64,000 nucleotides of DNA, taken from the NCBI RefSeq assembly GCF_009914755.1, contig NC_060928.1; one strand, given 5' to 3'. The translations under genes were made by a program, and so were the position numbers. Numbering within the stretch: position 1 is the stretch's first letter; every line of letters starts with the position of its first letter. The notes under the pieces are model-generated. The model ran no database searches, was not told where the DNA came from, and worked only from the letters and a program-made list of their open reading frames with translations. This DNA is from the human T2T-CHM13v2.0 reference genome, Homo sapiens. This document shows, in pieces, positions 1-14,317 of the stretch.

Positions 1-233
1 TGAACAATGAGAACACATGGACACAGGAAGGGGAACATCACACTCTGGGGACTGTTGTGGGGTGGGGGGAGGGGGGAGGGATAGCATTAGGAGATACACC
101 TAATGCTAAATGACGAGTTAATGGGTGCAGCACACCAGCATGGCACGTGTATACATATGTAACTAACCTGCACATTGTGCACATGTACCCTAAAACTTAA
201 AAGTATAATAATAATAATAATAATAATAATAAA
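1..233 (+). mobile_element. L1PA (L1PA3/4-like) 3' UTR end with (TAA)n tail, truncated by the window start
   Basis: Canonical L1 3' UTR: G-rich tract, GATAGCATTAGGAGATA..CCTAATGCTAAATGACGAGTTAATGGGTGCAGCAC, ...ACCCTAAAACTTAAAAGTATAAT, then the tail. Confidence 0.95.
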
Positions 234-2864
234 GAGCAGCAGCAGTGGCCTCATGTCTCTGTGAGATATGTGAGAATTCCACTTAGTGGCTCAGACATTG
301 TCAACAGCACCCAGCCTGCCTTGTGGAAAAAAAAAATATATTGAGTTTGGTGGTTTACTTGGATTATAATAAACATAAGAGGATATATATAATAAAAAGC
401 AACCTGGATAATATCTCATATTTTCTTTGAGTAAGAGTGATGTAGGTCTGTTTTGCCTTCGTGTTAGAATTGTGGCTTATGTAACAGATCCTGAACTTAT
501 CAAGGTATCATAATCTGTAAAAACACAAAACACAGTCTCTGTCAGCTGATTTTTACAAACAGTTTTAAAGCATTTGATGTGGGCCAGGGCCTTTGAACTC
601 TGCTTTAGGAACTGAAGAACTGTGACTGAGGTTTAATACAATGCCGGAGACTGGCTGTAATGCTGCAATTACAAGAATGACTTTCAATATTAAATATATC
701 TGTCTTTTAAATTTTGCTAGATATGTACCTTTAATCTGCTTTAAGTAAAACTTCCACTCCTATGATTTAAACAGAAATGGCAGAGGAGAATATGAGCTAT
801 TTGATCAAAAGAAAATCATTTTAAATGTTGAACATGGCTCATTATTACTGTTAATTGGTTACATATATTGTTAGTTTTAGTAATGTTTTTCTTCCTAGAT
901 TTTATATTGTAGCTTTCAATTTGATAAAGCCCGAGGCACAAAAAGATTGGGAGCACTTTACACATTAAGTGAAGAGAAAATGTAATTTTTGTTTTGTTCT
1001 TTTTAGTTGCGAAAAGATTATTTGAATTTATGGAGATTTCGCAGATTAGGTTTTCAAAAAGTTAGCTTTAAAAGTACTGTGTATATCTAGGCTTATATAA
1101 TTCAAAAGATGAGATTTTTGCAGAATTGGATGAAAAATCTTATTTAATGTTTTGAAATGATCTGACTTTTGTTGGCATATAAATCTTTAAGGTACGCGAT
1201 ATTCATTATTTTCACATATTTAGGTACAAATTAAATCTTGAGTAAGCCATCAATTTAAGATAGACATATTTTTTCATTAGATACAGCAGACATACAAAAT
1301 TATTATTGTAGTGGTATTTTAATATCACATGTCATCTGAATGCTATGCACATATTTTTTAAGCCTCTCTGTGTTCCGCTAGGTAAGGTACGAAGAGGATA
1401 TATTTGTCAGATTGGGAACCACGAATTGAAGTTCAAAACATAAGAGCACCACTTTTTTAGAATTAGTTTTTTCTTCCCCAACTCCACTCACATGAAAAAA
1501 AAATCTTAATTTTCTAAATTCATTCTCAATGTTTCTTTTTACTTTTGTGAACTGATGAGTAAGAGTAGAAGTAATTTTGAAATGGAAATATTGAGCTGCA
1601 AATAGAAATATTGAGCATGAATCCTCTCACATGAGGATACCTGGGTGATGCATATCATGGAATGATGATGCATGCTGGGAGTGACCTGCAATGGAATGGG
1701 CTTGGGGACAATCTGTTGCTCTAGGAAATGTCAATGCACAGAGTTGATGCATTCCAGTCTTTGGCATCTGAGATTGGATTATTTGCCAAGACATGCTCAT
1801 AAAAAGGGCAGCTTTTTATTCACCTTTGCCATGTAATCGTACTGTAAATGAGTTATGTCTTTCATAGGTCTCTGTATGCTTCTGGGACACGTCTCAGATT
1901 GTAGATCATTAATATGACTTGTCATATGGATCTCCAGACTTCTGCCTTCCCATTGTTTTCATCCAAGGATCTACAGTTTCTTTCTGTTCTTCTTTCCTGT
2001 GCTAAAGTAAAAATCTAACAATGGTTTTTGGTTACCTCCTTAGTTCAAAGGCAAAGACCTCAGCCTCAAATTACCTTCTTATTAATCAAAGCCATTTTGA
2101 GAGGACATAAAGCTAACATAAATGGCATGTTGCACTGTCGAGCTTGTGAAAGAACCATGGGTTTGTATTTTTACATTCTAACCTTCCCATTTATCCCACT
2201 CAATCGTATACAAAATTTATTCCAGCTCTAATGTATACTGAAATATAAATCCTGACTTATAGTTACCCAAGAGTGAAAAATTCTCTGTTAGAACATGTTC
2301 AGTTATGATCAAATACTAATTATACACACACACACTGACATTATATATGTAGAAATCCCCTTATATCTGTTTATGTCCTCACTTTATGAAGTACCATTAG
2401 TTTTAGAAATGTTATAAAAATAAACTCGATGTCTAAAAAAGATTGAGTCCTTCAAAAACCATAAGGCTGCTTTTATTCTCCTCTCAGACCTGAACAGGAA
2501 ATGAGTGTAAGACTCAGACACTCACAGATCAAAACACAAAGTACAAAGATCATCATCCTCATCCTATTCTGTATTATGAGGAATCTCCTTCGCTATTCTG
2601 AATATTTTAGGTAAAATCAATATGTATACTGTGGAATAGCGGTTCTCAAACTGCTAACTAGAAAGCCTCGGGGATGGATCCCAAAGGATTCATAATGTGT
2701 GATAATAGCACTCTGATGATCAGTGAAATGTGTCTGTGCATTCCATTTTCTAGAATGTTCTAAGGTGCTAGGTATAAATATATACATTTTCCAAAGATTA
2801 ATTTCATTTGTTCTCAATACTTCTATTGTGTGCTTACTTGCTGCAACCTTACTTATGCCTACCC

Positions 2865-3187
2865 CAATGACTGGGAAACTTTTTCTGTTAAAGGGCAGAT
2901 GGCAATTATTTTTGGCTTTTTAGGCCATATAGTCTGTCACAACTACTCAACTTTGCCATTATAGCCAGAAAGGAACCACAGAATATATGTAAACAAATGA
3001 GCGTGGCTATGTTCAAATTATCCTTTATTAATAGACACTGAAATTCATGTCATACAGTTTTTATGTACCATGAAATATTATTCTTCTTTCAATTTTTTTC
3101 AATCATATGAAAACATAAACACCGTTCTTAGCTTGTGGGCATTTCTAGCAGGCCAGATTTGGCCACAGGCCATAGTTTTACAACCCG
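2865..3187 (+). mobile_element. MER58B-like hAT-Charlie MITE
   Basis: Begins ...GGAAACTTTTTCTGTTAAAGGGCAGAT, contains AACTACTCAACTTTGCCATTATAGC, ends GGCCAGATTTGGCCACAGGCCATAGTTT; matches recalled MER58 consensus. Confidence 0.8.
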
Positions 3188-3630
3188 TATCTCTAACAAA
3201 ACTTTATATTTGAAACACTGAAGTTTTTCTCATAAATACATCAAAATACAAGTAAATATACTTTTCTTTCTTATTTTACTATAATATTTCAAAGTTGTTT
3301 TTAAACACTTTTCCAAGTTAAATTTTTTCTAAAACTTATTAGAAATTTTAATATTTTACTCCATAATCAAAGAAAGTGCATTCAAAATAACTTTTCTTAT
3401 GTTTAAAAATTGTAAGTACATGAACAAAAGTGATTGGTGTCTTCAATAATTTTTAAGACTATTAAGAGGCTGGGTCCGAATGCCAAAATATACAGAATCG
3501 CTGCTATAGAGGATATTACAGGGCATCCCCTCATTCCACTTACAGAGGGTGGCACTCATGTCCCCAGCTTCTCTGTTGTCAAGGCTGTCTTAGATGAGAT
3601 CTTCCAAGAATTGCTGCTAGACAAAACAAG

Positions 3631-4075
3631 CATATTAATTTCCTGGCATTGGCGTAGCAAATGCCACAAACTAGGTGGCTTAAAACACCAGAAATGTATG
3701 TCTCACATTCTGGTGGCTGGAAGTCCAAAATCAAAGTGTTGGCAGGGCCAGGCTCTTTGAGGGCTCTAGGGTAGAACACTTCCTTGCCTCTTCCCAGCTG
3801 CTGGTGGTTGCCAGCAATCCTTGGCATCTTTGACTTGTAGATGCATCACTCCAATCTCTGCCTCTGTCTTCACTTGGCCTTCTTCCTGTGTGTAGGTGTC
3901 CAAATTTCCCCATTTTGTAAGGGTATCAGTCATTGGATTAGGGCCCACTCTAGTATGATCTCATCTTAACTTGATTATAACTGTAAGACCCCATTTTCAA
4001 ATGAGATTAAATTCACAAATATAGGTAGGTAGGAAATCAACATGTCTTTTGGAGAGACCTAATTCACCCATAACA
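3631..4075 (-). mobile_element. MLT1C-like MaLR solo LTR
   Basis: ATGCCACAAACTAGGTGGCTTAAAACACCAGAAAT...CAGTCATTGGATTAGGGCCCAC...CCCATAACA is the reverse complement of the MLT1 LTR. Confidence 0.85.
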
Positions 4076-4373
4076 GGAGTCATATCCCCCAAGGCCACAC
4101 CCCTCTGCAGGGGCAGACTACACCCAAAAACTGGCATCTTCAGGAGTCTCAAGCTCCCTGCCTTGCCTCAGGTTGGGACATCTCCAAAGGGCCATCCGAG
4201 GGCCAGAGCTCTCTGTCGAATCGACAGAAGCTCTCTTACTACACTACTAAGGCTCATTCCTCCTTCCGCCCAATTCTGCTCCCTTATCCCTCACAAGTGT
4301 TGCTTTCAAGAGCACTCTGCATGTAAATTTCAGAATCTCAGAATCTGTTCCCTCGGAAACCCAACCTATGACA
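4076..4373 (+). mobile_element. LTR16-like ERVL LTR 3' part; its 5' part probably lies at ~3520-3630, split by the MLT1C
   Basis: Ends CTCAGAATCTGTTCCCTCGGAAACCCAACCTATGACA, typical of LTR16 3' termini. Confidence 0.6.
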
Positions 4374-4819
4374 AATGCAAGGAAATATATCTGTAATTAA
4401 AACTTTCTTGCTTCTTAACTTTTCTTTTATATTGGACTTTAACCATAAAGACAGTAAAGATTTCATTTTTACAGTATCTCTTTATTATACAATTAGAGAT
4501 ATTAAGACAACTTGAAATGGAGTTAAGAAACAGACATATATGTGAAAGCATTTAGGTTTTTTTATCCTCACTTCTGCCTCACCATCTCATATCACAATTG
4601 GTAGTTTCATCTAGTTTCATTATTTTGAAATGTTTACTTTTGAGGGTGATTTTACTGGAGATCAAAAAAATGGCAAAAAATAATCATAGATGTTATCTAT
4701 TCAGACCTACCATTCAATGCAAGGAGGGAGTTTTCAATAATATTTTGGAGAAGGAGAAGATAGAATTGCCCAAATATTTCAGAGCAAACATGCCTCTTGT
4801 GAAGTGTGTTGAAGCTATG

Positions 4820-5600
4820 TAGTGAGGGATTTCTCAGAAAATAAAAGGAAGTATAGGAGCAAAAGATAGGGGTAGGATGTCACTTTATCATTAGAAATAT
4901 AAGTAATTTTTTGAAGCCACAGAGGGGGTTTGATATTTGTTAAGAGATGAGGCTTATATTAGACCACATTCAGGGATTTAGAATTTAACTTCTGGATAAA
5001 GTGGAACCACTGAAGAGTTTTAAAAAGAAAACTGACATGTTCAGATTTTCTTTCAGAAGAACCATGTTGAAAGCTCTGTGTAGGGGATGCCATTAGATAA
5101 AGGAAAATCAGAAAGGAACCTAGATAATGAACAGAACTAGGATAAGATGTCAGTGTGTGAGTAGGAGAAGGAAATTGATATAATAGGTGTGCAGGTACAG
5201 AACTATCAGAAACTGGTGATGAAGGAATATGTTGGAAGTATGTCAAGGATGGCAGTGTCTTGGTGATTATGTACAAAGGCAACAATGCTATTCATTGATG
5301 GAGGAGTCATAGAAACAGGAAAATGTTTAGAGAGGGGCATGATCAGTTTATCTTTGCACATGCTGACTTTAACTTGCTCATACAACATCAACACAGACCT
5401 GCGGTAGAGACACACATGTATGGACTGGTCTGGAGCTGAAGAAGAAGAGATAAGAGGTAGGAAACAATGGAAATGCACTCATGCATTATTCATTCAGCGA
5501 TTTCAGGAATTTTCTTTCGTCTGGGTGCTATGTTAGACACTAGGGATATTATGAGGGACAAGAGATATGAACCCTGCCCCTACAAAGCTTACAGTGTTTT
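4820..5600 (-). mobile_element. L2 LINE fragments
   Basis: Purine-rich L2 antisense motifs (GGAACCACTGAAGAGTTTTAA, TGACATGTTCAGATTTT, CCCTGCCCCTACAAAGCTTACAGT). Confidence 0.6.
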
Positions 5601-5614
5601 CTGGATCATCATCT

Positions 5615-6154
5615 GCTTTCTGGTACTACAATAAAATTGCCTTGATTTGGCTTTGGAAGACTCATTCCTCTCCCATGTTAGTCAATTTGCTTTGAATCAA
5701 ACTGTCACTATCTAAGATGTCAGGAGTAGGAATGTGACTGGTCCTTAGGCAATCAGCATATTTCATCACCCACAGCCATAGTAATTGGTTCAACAGCAAG
5801 CATGTAACCTAACAATTTAATCATGATTAGGACTTTTGCTTAAGACACAAGGAAGAACAATAAATTTTGGTGTTGGTCCTGGAATTAGGAAGATATGCAG
5901 TGACTGACTACATAAAGATGTGGCCGTTTTAACATGTGTGTGAATGACAGGGGAACTAACATCAAGGAACTACTCCTAAGAACTGTGATAGACAGGATCC
6001 AGGTCCTGTTTTTTCTCCTACTTCAAGTTGCACCTAAGCTAGTTCTGCCCCAGGTCTTTGCAATTACACGAGCCTGTAAGTTGCCATTTTTGCATTAGAT
6101 AGGTTTGCTTGTGTTTTCAACTAGACTTGCACACAAAGCAGCCCTGGGCTAATA
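5615..6154 (+). mobile_element. Old MaLR LTR (MLT1K/L-like)
   Basis: GGCAATCAGCATATTTCATC..GGCC-like core, TAATTGGTTCA, terminal ACTTGCACACAAAGCAGCCCTGGGCTAATA. Confidence 0.5.
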
Positions 6155-7569
6155 TGAGGAGACTGTCATAAACAAGTAAATATGGTGACATTTTCGTAAG
6201 TTATATAAAGGAAATAAACTAGTTCTTTGGTGGGAAACTGTGGTCTGCTTTTTAATATAGAAGAGACCTAAGGATGTTTAGAGTTTCTAAAAACATAGCC
6301 AGAATACATACATACAGGAAAGAGAGAATAGGATAGAAGAATCCCAGCATGGGGAAGGTAATCAGAGGAAAGGCTCCAAAGTAGAACCAAGCACACAGTA
6401 AAGGGATGAGCTCTGTCTACACTGAAAGCCCCCCACTTCTAAGCCTTGAAAGAGGTATGAGATAGTGGGTATCAGCGTGCTGAGTTGACTTGGCAGGTGT
6501 GAGGCCAAAAATATTAAGAGATCTTAAACTTGACGGCTTCAGTTTTTTATATGAATTTGAAAGCTAGGGTGTACATACGACAGTTTATCAATTTCCTGCT
6601 TAAAATGGGATTCCCTAAGCAGAATTGAGTGGTTTGAAAAATAATAGAATAATTAATTCCCTTGATCTGGATGATGTGTTTGGTTTTTCAGAGGCCAAGA
6701 TAGATAGGCAAGTGACGATCCCAGCTACAATTTAGAATCAAAGACCTGTCACCATAAAGTAATTTTCAACTGTCAGACCTCTAAAGACTAACTCAAGAAT
6801 ACCACCAGAATGAAAGACAAGCAGGCCCAAGCCAAGGAAATTAGTAAGAGGCTGGAGAGCTGGGTTAACGTCAGGAAAAAGGAAAAGGTTCCTCAAATAT
6901 AGATACAAATTAGTATTTGTACTATTTTCTACACAAATATTTTATCTTAAACTTCTGCAGTGATTTTAAAGGCTCTTTCATTGTCTAAAGTCTATGTTAC
7001 TTATCCAAATGTTTAATCTTTGCTTTTGTAATGATTTCTAAATTAATAAAGATTTTATTATATGACACACTAATGTATAATCACCCTACATTAATATACA
7101 GATATATAGAAAAATACTATATTGTATTTTAAGTATTAATAAGATAAAAATGATCTTTTATATTATTTCTAGAGTTTGTAACATAATGCATAACTAGTAA
7201 TTATTATATCTATTAATTTACTTAGAATATCTATTAAAACCTTAATTGTATTAACTATGAAAATAGTTTGTATATGTTTATAATATATATTACTTATACA
7301 TTATATATTTTATATATATTTGCTAAAAAATCTCAAAACTTGACTTCCAAATTTTATTTTCTATATGTTAATACTCATATTTTGTAATATAAATGTATTA
7401 TAATCTTAAATGCTAGGCCTTTCATTTTCTTCCCATGACTCATTTTATCTAGTAAAACTAAAACATACTATTAAAATGTAGGATCAGGTCTGTGATATTT
7501 AGATAGCTTTATAAAGTCTATGTCCTTTATACTCTTTTACAACATTAATGTTAACAAATGTGTTTACTC

Positions 7570-8147
7570 TGTAGAGGATGAAAAAACTCCTTTTCCTCTA
7601 CCCATCTTGAGTTCTGTTTCTGGGGCTCTACATTACACTAACAAAGGGCAGATTAACAAGAAAAAAAACAAGTTTATTAGCATGTGCATCCTTCACACAG
7701 ATAGGAGCACTCAGAGATGTGTAATTCAAAGAGATGGTTAGAACTTAGGCTTATAGACCATTTGAACAAAAGAACAATAAATTTGTAGTGCAGTGCTAAG
7801 ACAAACAAAAAGAACTTTGAGTTTCCAGGGCAGCAAATTGTGGAAAGGTAAATATATGGGGGAACCAAAGGAGAAAAGGGCTGCTTAGTAAAGTTTGTTA
7901 TGTAGATTTCTCCGATGGCACCATCTCCTGGCTGATAAGGGTCTAGAGATGTCTGCAGTGAGTAACTTCTCTTCTTCCTGGTCAGTAGGGAGGGAGGACA
8001 CTTTTACAAATTTATGTCTTGCTCTTAGGCAAATAGAAAGTTGGCAAAGGGCTTTTCTTGTATCTGCTGTCTTCAATTACTTTCAGCTCAAAATAATCCT
8101 TATGCTAAAGTGACATATTTTGGGGTGGTATGTTCTACTACTATTCA
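7570..8147 (-). mobile_element. MER34/MER39-like ERV1 solo LTR
   Basis: TG...CA ends; 4-bp TSD ACTC at 7566-7569 and 8148-8151; CAGCTCAAAATAATCCTTATGC..CATATTTTGGGGTGG motif. Confidence 0.8.
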
Positions 8148-8544
8148 ACTCTTTATAACATGTGTGAAAAATTTAACTATAACATTATATAGCAATATTT
8201 AAGATATTTCTTTAAAGCTGGCCCCTTGATCCCACTGAACAAAACATTTCTCATTATGGTTTATCACTGGACTTAATTTCCTATGGCTATAAACTCTCTG
8301 AATAATCAGTGTATTCCCTTGAGGATGTTTGGTAAATCTCCTGGAGATGTCAGAAACTAGAAATATTTTGAACTGTAGGTTGTAAAATTTCCAACAACTA
8401 ATGGCTCTTCTGTTTTGTAGACTGCCTGTTTTCTTTTTATGAACAATATCGCTGCCATTTCAATCAAAGGGATCTTTGGTTCAAGTGTGAAATCTTAAGT
8501 CATGCTAAACACTCTTCAGAACTGTAGGTTTAAGAATCCTCCAA

Positions 8545-8669
8545 GGCTGAGGCAGGAGAATCACTTGAACCTGGGAGGTGGAGGTTGCGGTGAGCCGAGA
8601 TTGTGTCGTTGCACTTCAGCCCGGGCAACAAGAGTGCAAACCTGTCTCAAAAAAAAAAAAAAAAAAAAA
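8545..8669 (+). mobile_element. 5'-truncated Alu (right arm only) with poly(A)
   Basis: GGCTGAGGCAGGAGAATCACTTGAACC...poly(A); imperfect TSD AAGAATCCTCCAA / AAAAATCTTCCAA. Confidence 0.92.
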
Positions 8670-9052
8670 TCTTCCAAAACTAACCTAATCTTTTGTTTCT
8701 ATATTCTTGCCTAAGAGGAAGAAATTGGATTTCTTTTGTTTTTCTTTTCTTTTTTTTTTTTTTTTTTTCAGATGGACAGGAATGAGATTAGCCTTACGAT
8801 TTTTGGAGTCAAATGTTGAGGAGACTGACACCCACTTCCTCACTTTTTCTTCCCCTAATTTCTTATAATAAGTTGTCTTCTGTGTTAAGATTTCCTTAGG
8901 TGTACTTCAAAGTCATCCTCCTGAAATGGCTGCAATTTCACTTAGCTAAAGACTTGAGGACCAGTGAGGAATGGGAATTGGAATTATTTAGCTGACGTCA
9001 GAAAAGGGAGGTGATTTTTTTTCATGATAATAAAATTATAAGAATTGGTTTT

Positions 9053-9445
9053 TGTTTTAGTCCACTTGAGCTGCTACAATAAAATACCATAAGCCAGGTG
9101 GCTTATGAACAACAGAAATTTACTTCTCACAGTTCTGGAGACTAGGATGTCCAAGATCGAGGCAAGAGCACATTCAATTTCTGAGGAGGGCCTGCTTGCT
9201 AGCTCACAGGTGGCACCTTTTTGTGGTAAGCAACCACAGGTTGCTTACACATGATGGAGGGAGTTGGCTAGCTCTCTGGGGTGTATTTTTATAAAGACAC
9301 TAATCCCATTTATGATGCTCCTCCCTCATGACCTACTCACCTCCTAAATATCCACCTCCTAATACCATCACCTGTAGGATTAGGGTTTCAATATAGGAAT
9401 TTGGGCAGGGGTGGGGTGAGTGTCACAAACATTCAGTCCATAGCA
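9053..9445 (-). mobile_element. MLT1A-like MaLR solo LTR
   Basis: GGTGGCTTATGAACAACAGAAATTTACTTCTCACAGTTCTGGAG...CACTAATCCCATT...AAACATTCAGTCCATAGCA. Confidence 0.85.
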
Positions 9446-9659
9446 GCTATTAAGAATTAAAATTTAAGAATTATATTTAAAATAGTCAGGACCACCTATT
9501 TTTGTCTCAAGGAAAAACAATATAAGAGTAACCTTGTAGAGCAAAACACTTAAAGTCTATATGAAATAAAAAGACTATACATTTAAAGATAGGCCATTAC
9601 TTGAGAGTATTCCTTGAGGTCATTGAAACTTAGGACTACTTTTGTAAAATCAAAGATAG

Positions 9660-10140
9660 GTATTGCATATCTTCAATGGTTAGTGCACATTAGGCACAAG
9701 ATGAAACATAAGGCATGGTCCCTTCACCCAAGGCTGTCATCTACTAGTAAGGGAGGTCATACATCCAAATAATAGAAGAATCACCAACAATCCAAGATTA
9801 AGGTGCATTCTCAGATAACAATGGGAGCGCTGTTAGAAGGAAGAGATCTACAAGTTTTCATGAACTGGAAGAGTTTTTACAAAGACAGTAAATGTGACTA
9901 GATTTTAAAGGAAGGAGAAGTTTTGTCTTTTAAAAGAAAGACTCTGAATTGGGTGAGCAGCTTTTATTAGAATGGAAAAAAAGAAAATAGTACAGAAAAG
10001 ATTCAGAAGAAAGTACGAGAAATATTCAGAGCAGGCAGAGGAAACTACATTTATTGGAACAGAGGTTATTTAGTTGCCGTTATTATTATTTTATTTTTGG
10101 TGGCCTGTAAGACATGCTAAAAAGTTTGGACATTATTCCC
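9660..10140 (-). mobile_element. L2 fragment
   Basis: CATGGTCCCTTCACCCAAGG...GCCTGTAAGACATGCTAAAAAGTTTGGACATTATTC antisense L2 3' motifs. Confidence 0.5.
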
Positions 10141-10245
10141 TGGGTCAAGATGTTGCCTTTCTAAACAGAAAGTGGAAACAAGAAAATGAAATGGTGTCGT
10201 AACAAACAAATGACAACAACAAAAGCAATTCACAGATGCCAAAAG

Positions 10246-10302
10246 ATTGATTATGTTGCTTACAGGGTGGAAATTGATTATGTTGCTTTCAGGGTGGAAA
10301 TT
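10246..10302. repeat. 27-bp tandem duplication (2 copies, 1 mismatch)
   Basis: ATTGATTATGTTGCTTACAGGGTGGAA / ATTGATTATGTTGCTTTCAGGGTGGAA. Confidence 0.9.
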
Positions 10303-10649
10303 TTCATGCTGCGATTTTTTGGGAAATGCTAATTAAAAAAGAAAAAATATATGTGTATACACATAACATGTATATTAATGTGTATATTGTATGTGTATGT
10401 TATATGCAGTATATACACATAAAAACATGTAATTTTACTACATGGCTTCTAGACCTTTTTAGGTCAAAAGTAAATCTTTAGGTGAACAGTAAATCTTTTT
10501 TGCCCCAACATCTCTCCATTTCTCCTTTCCAAATATACCTTTAATAAAGGAATTATTATACAAATTTTTTAAAAAGTTCACTAGAGAATCATTTTTTTTT
10601 CAAAGCACCTATTAATACCTCCCAAAATGAGGAATTTGTGCTTTAGATG

Positions 10650-10835
10650 TTCTCTCTAGTATGGTAGTCATAAAAACAAATGTAGCCATTAACATTAAAC
10701 TAAAATTAAATAAAGACTTTAATGTTTCAAATCACATGGGCCATGTTTCAGGTGCTCAGTAGCCCCATGCAGCTAGTATTGAATGACAGAGATATTTCCA
10801 TCCCTGCAGGAAAGTCCTATTGGAAAATAGTGCTT
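10650..10835. mobile_element. MER3-like hAT MITE fragment
   Basis: TTTCAGGTGCTCAGTAGCCCCATGCAGCTAG...ATATTTCCATCCCTGCAGGAAAGTCCTATTGGA. Confidence 0.55.
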
Positions 10836-11305
10836 TAGATAATTAACAATTATTATGATTAATTAGGGGGTTGAACTAAGAAACCACGACATGTGGACAT
10901 CGCACAGAAAAGACTTCTGTTTAAAGGAGTTCCTAAAGACAGAGTGTTGCAATCCAGGTAGAAACTCAAGGGACTTGAAAACACTGCATAGTTTATAAAT
11001 TTGTATAAATATTCTGTGAAAGTATGTAAATGATGTGAAATGAACACGTCACAAGCCCTGCCATCAACACATATCTTCTAGGAAAAATGACTTCTTTGTA
11101 CATAAATAATAAAACCTAAGATACACTTTTAGAAAGCCAAAATCTAAGCATTAACAACGCTTTAAAACGATAGCAATTTTTTCTAAGGGGTTCAGGGAAG
11201 GCTTTATTGAAGAAGCGAGTGTTAGGACAGCTGACAAGATGGAAAGTAAAGTTGACAACTAGAGATGGAAAAGGAAAGGTTGAAACAGTTGTTAAGAAAT
11301 AGATG

Positions 11306-11935
<630 letters not shown>

Positions 11936-13194
11936 AAGAAATAGATGACAGTTTAACACTCCTTTCAACTCTCTTATATGAATTTTTCTGATTATTTATG
12001 TCCTGTTAATATCATGACTCAGTTCATTTAATTATTAAAGACCTTACAAACGATTCCATTTCTTTTTAAAGATTTTTATTTTTCTCAAACTCCCACTAAG
12101 CTATTTATTTCCAATTTGTGTGTGATAAATTGGAAATTGTGCGCTGAACTGTTAAACTGATGAGCAAACAATTAAATGCAGATAAGAAGCTTTAAATTTA
12201 ATACTTAGAAAATATAATATTCAGATTATTAAAGGGATGTTATGGTAGATTCATTTATCTAACTACAACTGTGACGGTTTATGAAATCACCAAAACACTA
12301 TTGAGGATAATATTGAGTAGATTAATCTGTAATTTTGTGAAGTAAACATTGATTTAGAAACTGTTTTCTTTATTTAATATTAAAGCTAAATTTTACATTT
12401 AAAATAGATATAGAAGAAAATTTGATTCTAAAGCTTTGGTTTGGTTGGTTAAACTGCCATATTTCTTAGATATTAGTTAATGGATACATTTGATTTTCAA
12501 GATTTAAAAATGACAAGGTGGTCATCTTTTTAAAAAAATTTTCATCAAATACACATTGTGAAAATGCTAACTAGGTAATAAAAACCTCATTGAATGCTAA
12601 ATATTCAACATTATTTTAGGTATATAATTGAAAGAGGTATTTTCTTCAGTTCTTTAGCAAAAACGCCAAAATGCCTAGGTTTACCCTCTGCAGATTTTAA
12701 TCTAAATCAGAGATCAGAATAAATCAGAAGTGAAACTCACCACATGTGCGTATGTATTTGTGTGCATGTGTGTTGGGGAGTAGGATAGAGGTTTATGTGC
12801 AGTTGTCAGAGTAGATTGCAGATGTGTAGTCTGGTAAAGTATGTTTGATCTTATAACAATATCTGAAATAAAAGCTAGAAACTAAAATTCCTGAGAATGT
12901 TCTTCTCAAAAGAAAGAGCAATGAATCTCAGCACAGTACAGCATGGGAGTTGGAGAGCTTAACCTCCATTCCTAGGATGTGTCTTACATTCTCCAGTACT
13001 GTGAGAAGTCCTTATGCTCTTCAGAAGTACATTTGCATTAGAGATGGTTGAGAAGCACTGACATAAGTCAACTGATATCAGTGCAGACAACTTACAAACT
13101 CAGGGGCAGGTGGTAAATAGCAAATATATTTACAACTTGAAGTCCATATCATAATGAACTAATAAAAATAAGTTGGAATAAATGATTGCCTAAA

Positions 13195-13355
13195 TAAGAA
13201 ATTAGGGTTTGTATCTCAGCTTTTTCACTGACTCAGCTATGTATTATTGACAAGTCACTTAACTTGTTAAAATTTTCTTAACGTCCTCATTTGAGAATAG
13301 ATAAGGTTGAATGAAATCTCTAAATCTTCTTCAGCTTCTGAAGTCCCACAATTCT
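13195..13355 (+). mobile_element. MIR (MIR3/MIRc-like) fragment
   Basis: GACAAGTCACTTAAC..TCCTCATTTGAGAA core, 3' TCTCTAAATCTTCTTCAGCT. Confidence 0.55.
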
Positions 13356-14317
13356 AAGTCACTAAATAAAGCTATGAATCTTGTTTCTGGGTCTAATATA
13401 ATACCACTATAAAGGTATTAGGAGAAACATTAGTATCTTTCCAAGCATAAATCTAATTAATTAGGACAATTGGGGGATTTGGAGTATACAGCCAAATTGT
13501 TCTCTTAATTACTACCTAAAAGACACATTGTTTTAAGAAATGTAAAATTTCATCCATGTAAAATTTAGTATGTATAACATAGTGTTTGTTTATTTCTCAT
13601 TGAGTGAGAGTGAAGTGAAATTGAGTAAGGGCTTGAGGAAATGGTGAACTTTCAACATTCAAATATTCCCTAGGGCTCAAACATTTTAAAATTGGCTCTG
13701 GGCCCAGGGAGCACTTAGGACAAAATGATATTGAAGGCACTATAGTGATATTATTTGACACTTGATTCGAGGGAGTTGATAGTAGCAGTAACTGAAAGAT
13801 GTATATGATAAGCTTTAGCAATAAAAGTCTATTATAATATTTGATGGTGTAAACACAGAACATTGGATTCAAAACAATATTACCAAATAAATTTTAAAAA
13901 TGGAATAGAACAAGGTTTTGCTATCTATCTACTTCCAGTAGATGGATAAAAGGTAATACCAAAATCTTTGTTCTCTGATCTTACTTTCTCATATTTTCAA
14001 CCCAGTTGTATACAATGGAAAAGCAGCTAGAAATTCGGAAGAAAAATATGATATTTTCACATCACCACAATAACAGGAATTTCTTTGTATTCCTCCAATA
14101 TGCACTGATATCTACCAACTAACCAACATTTATAATGTTAATATTGTCACTTCTAACAATGGATTCAAGGATCATTGTCCTTTGTGCTCTGAATCCTGTC
14201 CACTCTCACTTTCTCATGAATTCACCTAGCAATTACTATCTTTCCTAAATAATTAACTTCGCCCTCTGAAACAGATCACTCCTATCTGCATAAAGATAGC
14301 ACATAACATGGTGTGTG

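Noticed and set aside
59-80. G-quadruplex-forming tract
   Set aside because: Standard feature of the L1 3' UTR, not locus-specific.
8649-8771. Poly(A) and nearby poly(T) hairpin, with a strong-looking plus-strand acceptor at 8771
   Set aside because: The poly(A) is an Alu tail and the T-run is low complexity; no convincing donor or ORF follows.
12107-12137. 11-bp perfect inverted repeat ATTTCCAATTT / AAATTGGAAAT with a 9-nt loop
   Set aside because: AT-rich; about one such stem is expected by chance in 64 kb and it is too short for a pre-miRNA.
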